From: Aplysia californica
Taxonomy: Eukaryota
DNA: 64,000 nt
Direction: 5' to 3'
Assembly: GCF_000002075.1 (NCBI RefSeq)
Contig: NW_004797486.1
Location: forward strand, 867,806-931,805
Shown: positions 62,721-64,000 of the stretch, in pieces
How the letters are laid out: the number at the start of each line of letters is the position of its first letter
Numbering within the stretch: the first letter of the stretch is position 1
Made by a program: the position numbers and the translations under genes
The notes under the pieces: generated by a model
What the model was told of the DNA's origin: nothing
The model's input: the letters and a program-made list of their open reading frames with translations, nothing else
Databases searched by the model: none

Positions 62721-63229
62721 AGAAAAAAGATTAACGATTGAAAGCGAAAGGGTGCTCTCGTGGGCAAGAGGTTACGATGTTTGCCTCTCATTCAATAGGG
62801 CCCGGGTTTGCGTCCGGAAAGCGACTGAAAATTTTCTCCTTTTACCCCATTTCCTGCTCTCTAATAAAATTCTGTCGTCTGCTTTCGTCTCCACTTTCTG
62901 ACCCACACCCCCTCACCTCTTTTGCCCCCTCCTTTGGGCTCCTGGCTCCTTCTGCAGACTTTCTACGGCTACTCCTTAGCTCCTTCCTGCTGCTGTCTTT
63001 CAGCCACACCCCTGATCATACTTCTCGAGCAAGGCCGAAAAATCTCGAAGGTCCCGTGTGCAAGTTGCGCAAGTTAAAAATCTCTTGGCGGTCCAAATTA
63101 AAAAAGAGTAGGCTTCGGCCGCCACCTGGNNNNNNNNNNNNNNNNNNNNNNNNNNNNNNNNNNNNNNNNNNNNNNNNNNNNNNNNNNNNNNNNNNNNNNN
63201 NNNNNNNNNNNNNNNNNNNNNNNNNNNNN

Positions 63230-64000
63230 AGAGAACGTTACAAATGTATCTAGTTTGAGGCCTGTTCTCTTGATCATGGGAGGGTAGTGCGCCACTCTGG
63301 GAGATCTGTAGCTAGTTTCCAATCTTTTGCGGATCCTACAATGTTTTCACTCCTTGAAAAACAGGGCGGTTGATTTCTTCCAACCCATTTCTTCTTCTTC
63401 CCTGTGGTGAAGAATATCTGGGCTGGAGCTACTCCGCTGTCGGTGCCTGTCGCCAGGCTGCAGAAGATTGTGAGTCAGCTCTTTCAGCACACTGTTGTGC
63501 CGTCACTTGTATCTGCCATCAGCAAGGAATACCTTACAGGAACTGAGGACATGTTCCATTGTCTCTCATAGCACAATAGGCAGCGGGGATCTTCTTCATT
63601 TCCCACTTCACGAGATAAGCTTTCGATGGCAGCATATATGGCTCTGATGATGAAGCTTAGTTTCGGGGGTGCCATGTGCCACTCGTCGTTCCAGGTAAGG
63701 GATCTTTGCAAAGCATGGGTCCATTTTGTTCACTGGCCCTGTTGCGATTGTTGGATCGCTTTCTGATATGTCTCTTCTTATCTTCAGTATTCTTCACATT
63801 TTGGACCACCATGTCTCGGTGTTCTTTACCGTGTGCCCTAGACCACCACAGCACCTTCTCGCTTCCAAGTCGTTGTCATCCATCACGGCATCCAAGACTT
63901 CTTTTTCTGACAGTTCTCAGTGTTGGTTGAATTGACAAACATCACTTGCAGTTTTGTCTTGCCTGTTTTGTATTCCTCCACTATTTACTTTTGTAGCAAT
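63230..64000 (-). mobile_element. HERO-like non-LTR retrotransposon fragment, upstream part
   Basis: LTWNDEWHMAPPKLSFIIRAIY…CLLC…RHNSVL motifs; 63230-63355 overlaps 61579-61705. Confidence 0.7.

Overview
AT-rich, repeat-dense invertebrate animal genomic DNA from a draft scaffold with N gaps. It holds one protein-coding gene on the + strand, which I reconstructed by hand from splice signals and reading frame: 17 coding exons, 14810-45084, 3597 nt, 1198 aa. The gene is a derived member of the CC2D1/Lethal-giant-discs (Lgd) family of ESCRT-III regulators. It has three tandem odd-type (DM14-1-like) repeats, a helical insert, one even-type DM14 and a CC2D1-type C-terminal helical domain. The usual DM14-3/DM14-4/C2 block is absent, and a single 2048-nt exon encoding ~682 aa of acidic Ser/Pro-rich low-complexity sequence sits in its place. 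The model uses two GC-AG introns, one of them required by frame. The rest of the window is mobile DNA: tRNA-headed Deu/Nin-type SINEs, other short retroposons with related 3' stem-loop tails, I/Nimb-like and HERO-like LINE remnants, an internally deleted Ty3/Gypsy LTR element, hAT, piggyBac-like, Tigger-like and other MITEs, and Sola- and Tc1/mariner-like transposase relics. A 9-copy 71-bp tandem array is built from a retroposon tail plus its target-site duplication. The region 3.9-14.5 kb appears to be two interleaved haplotypes (an assembly artefact) that differ by large indels. Family assignments come from motif recognition, not database searches.
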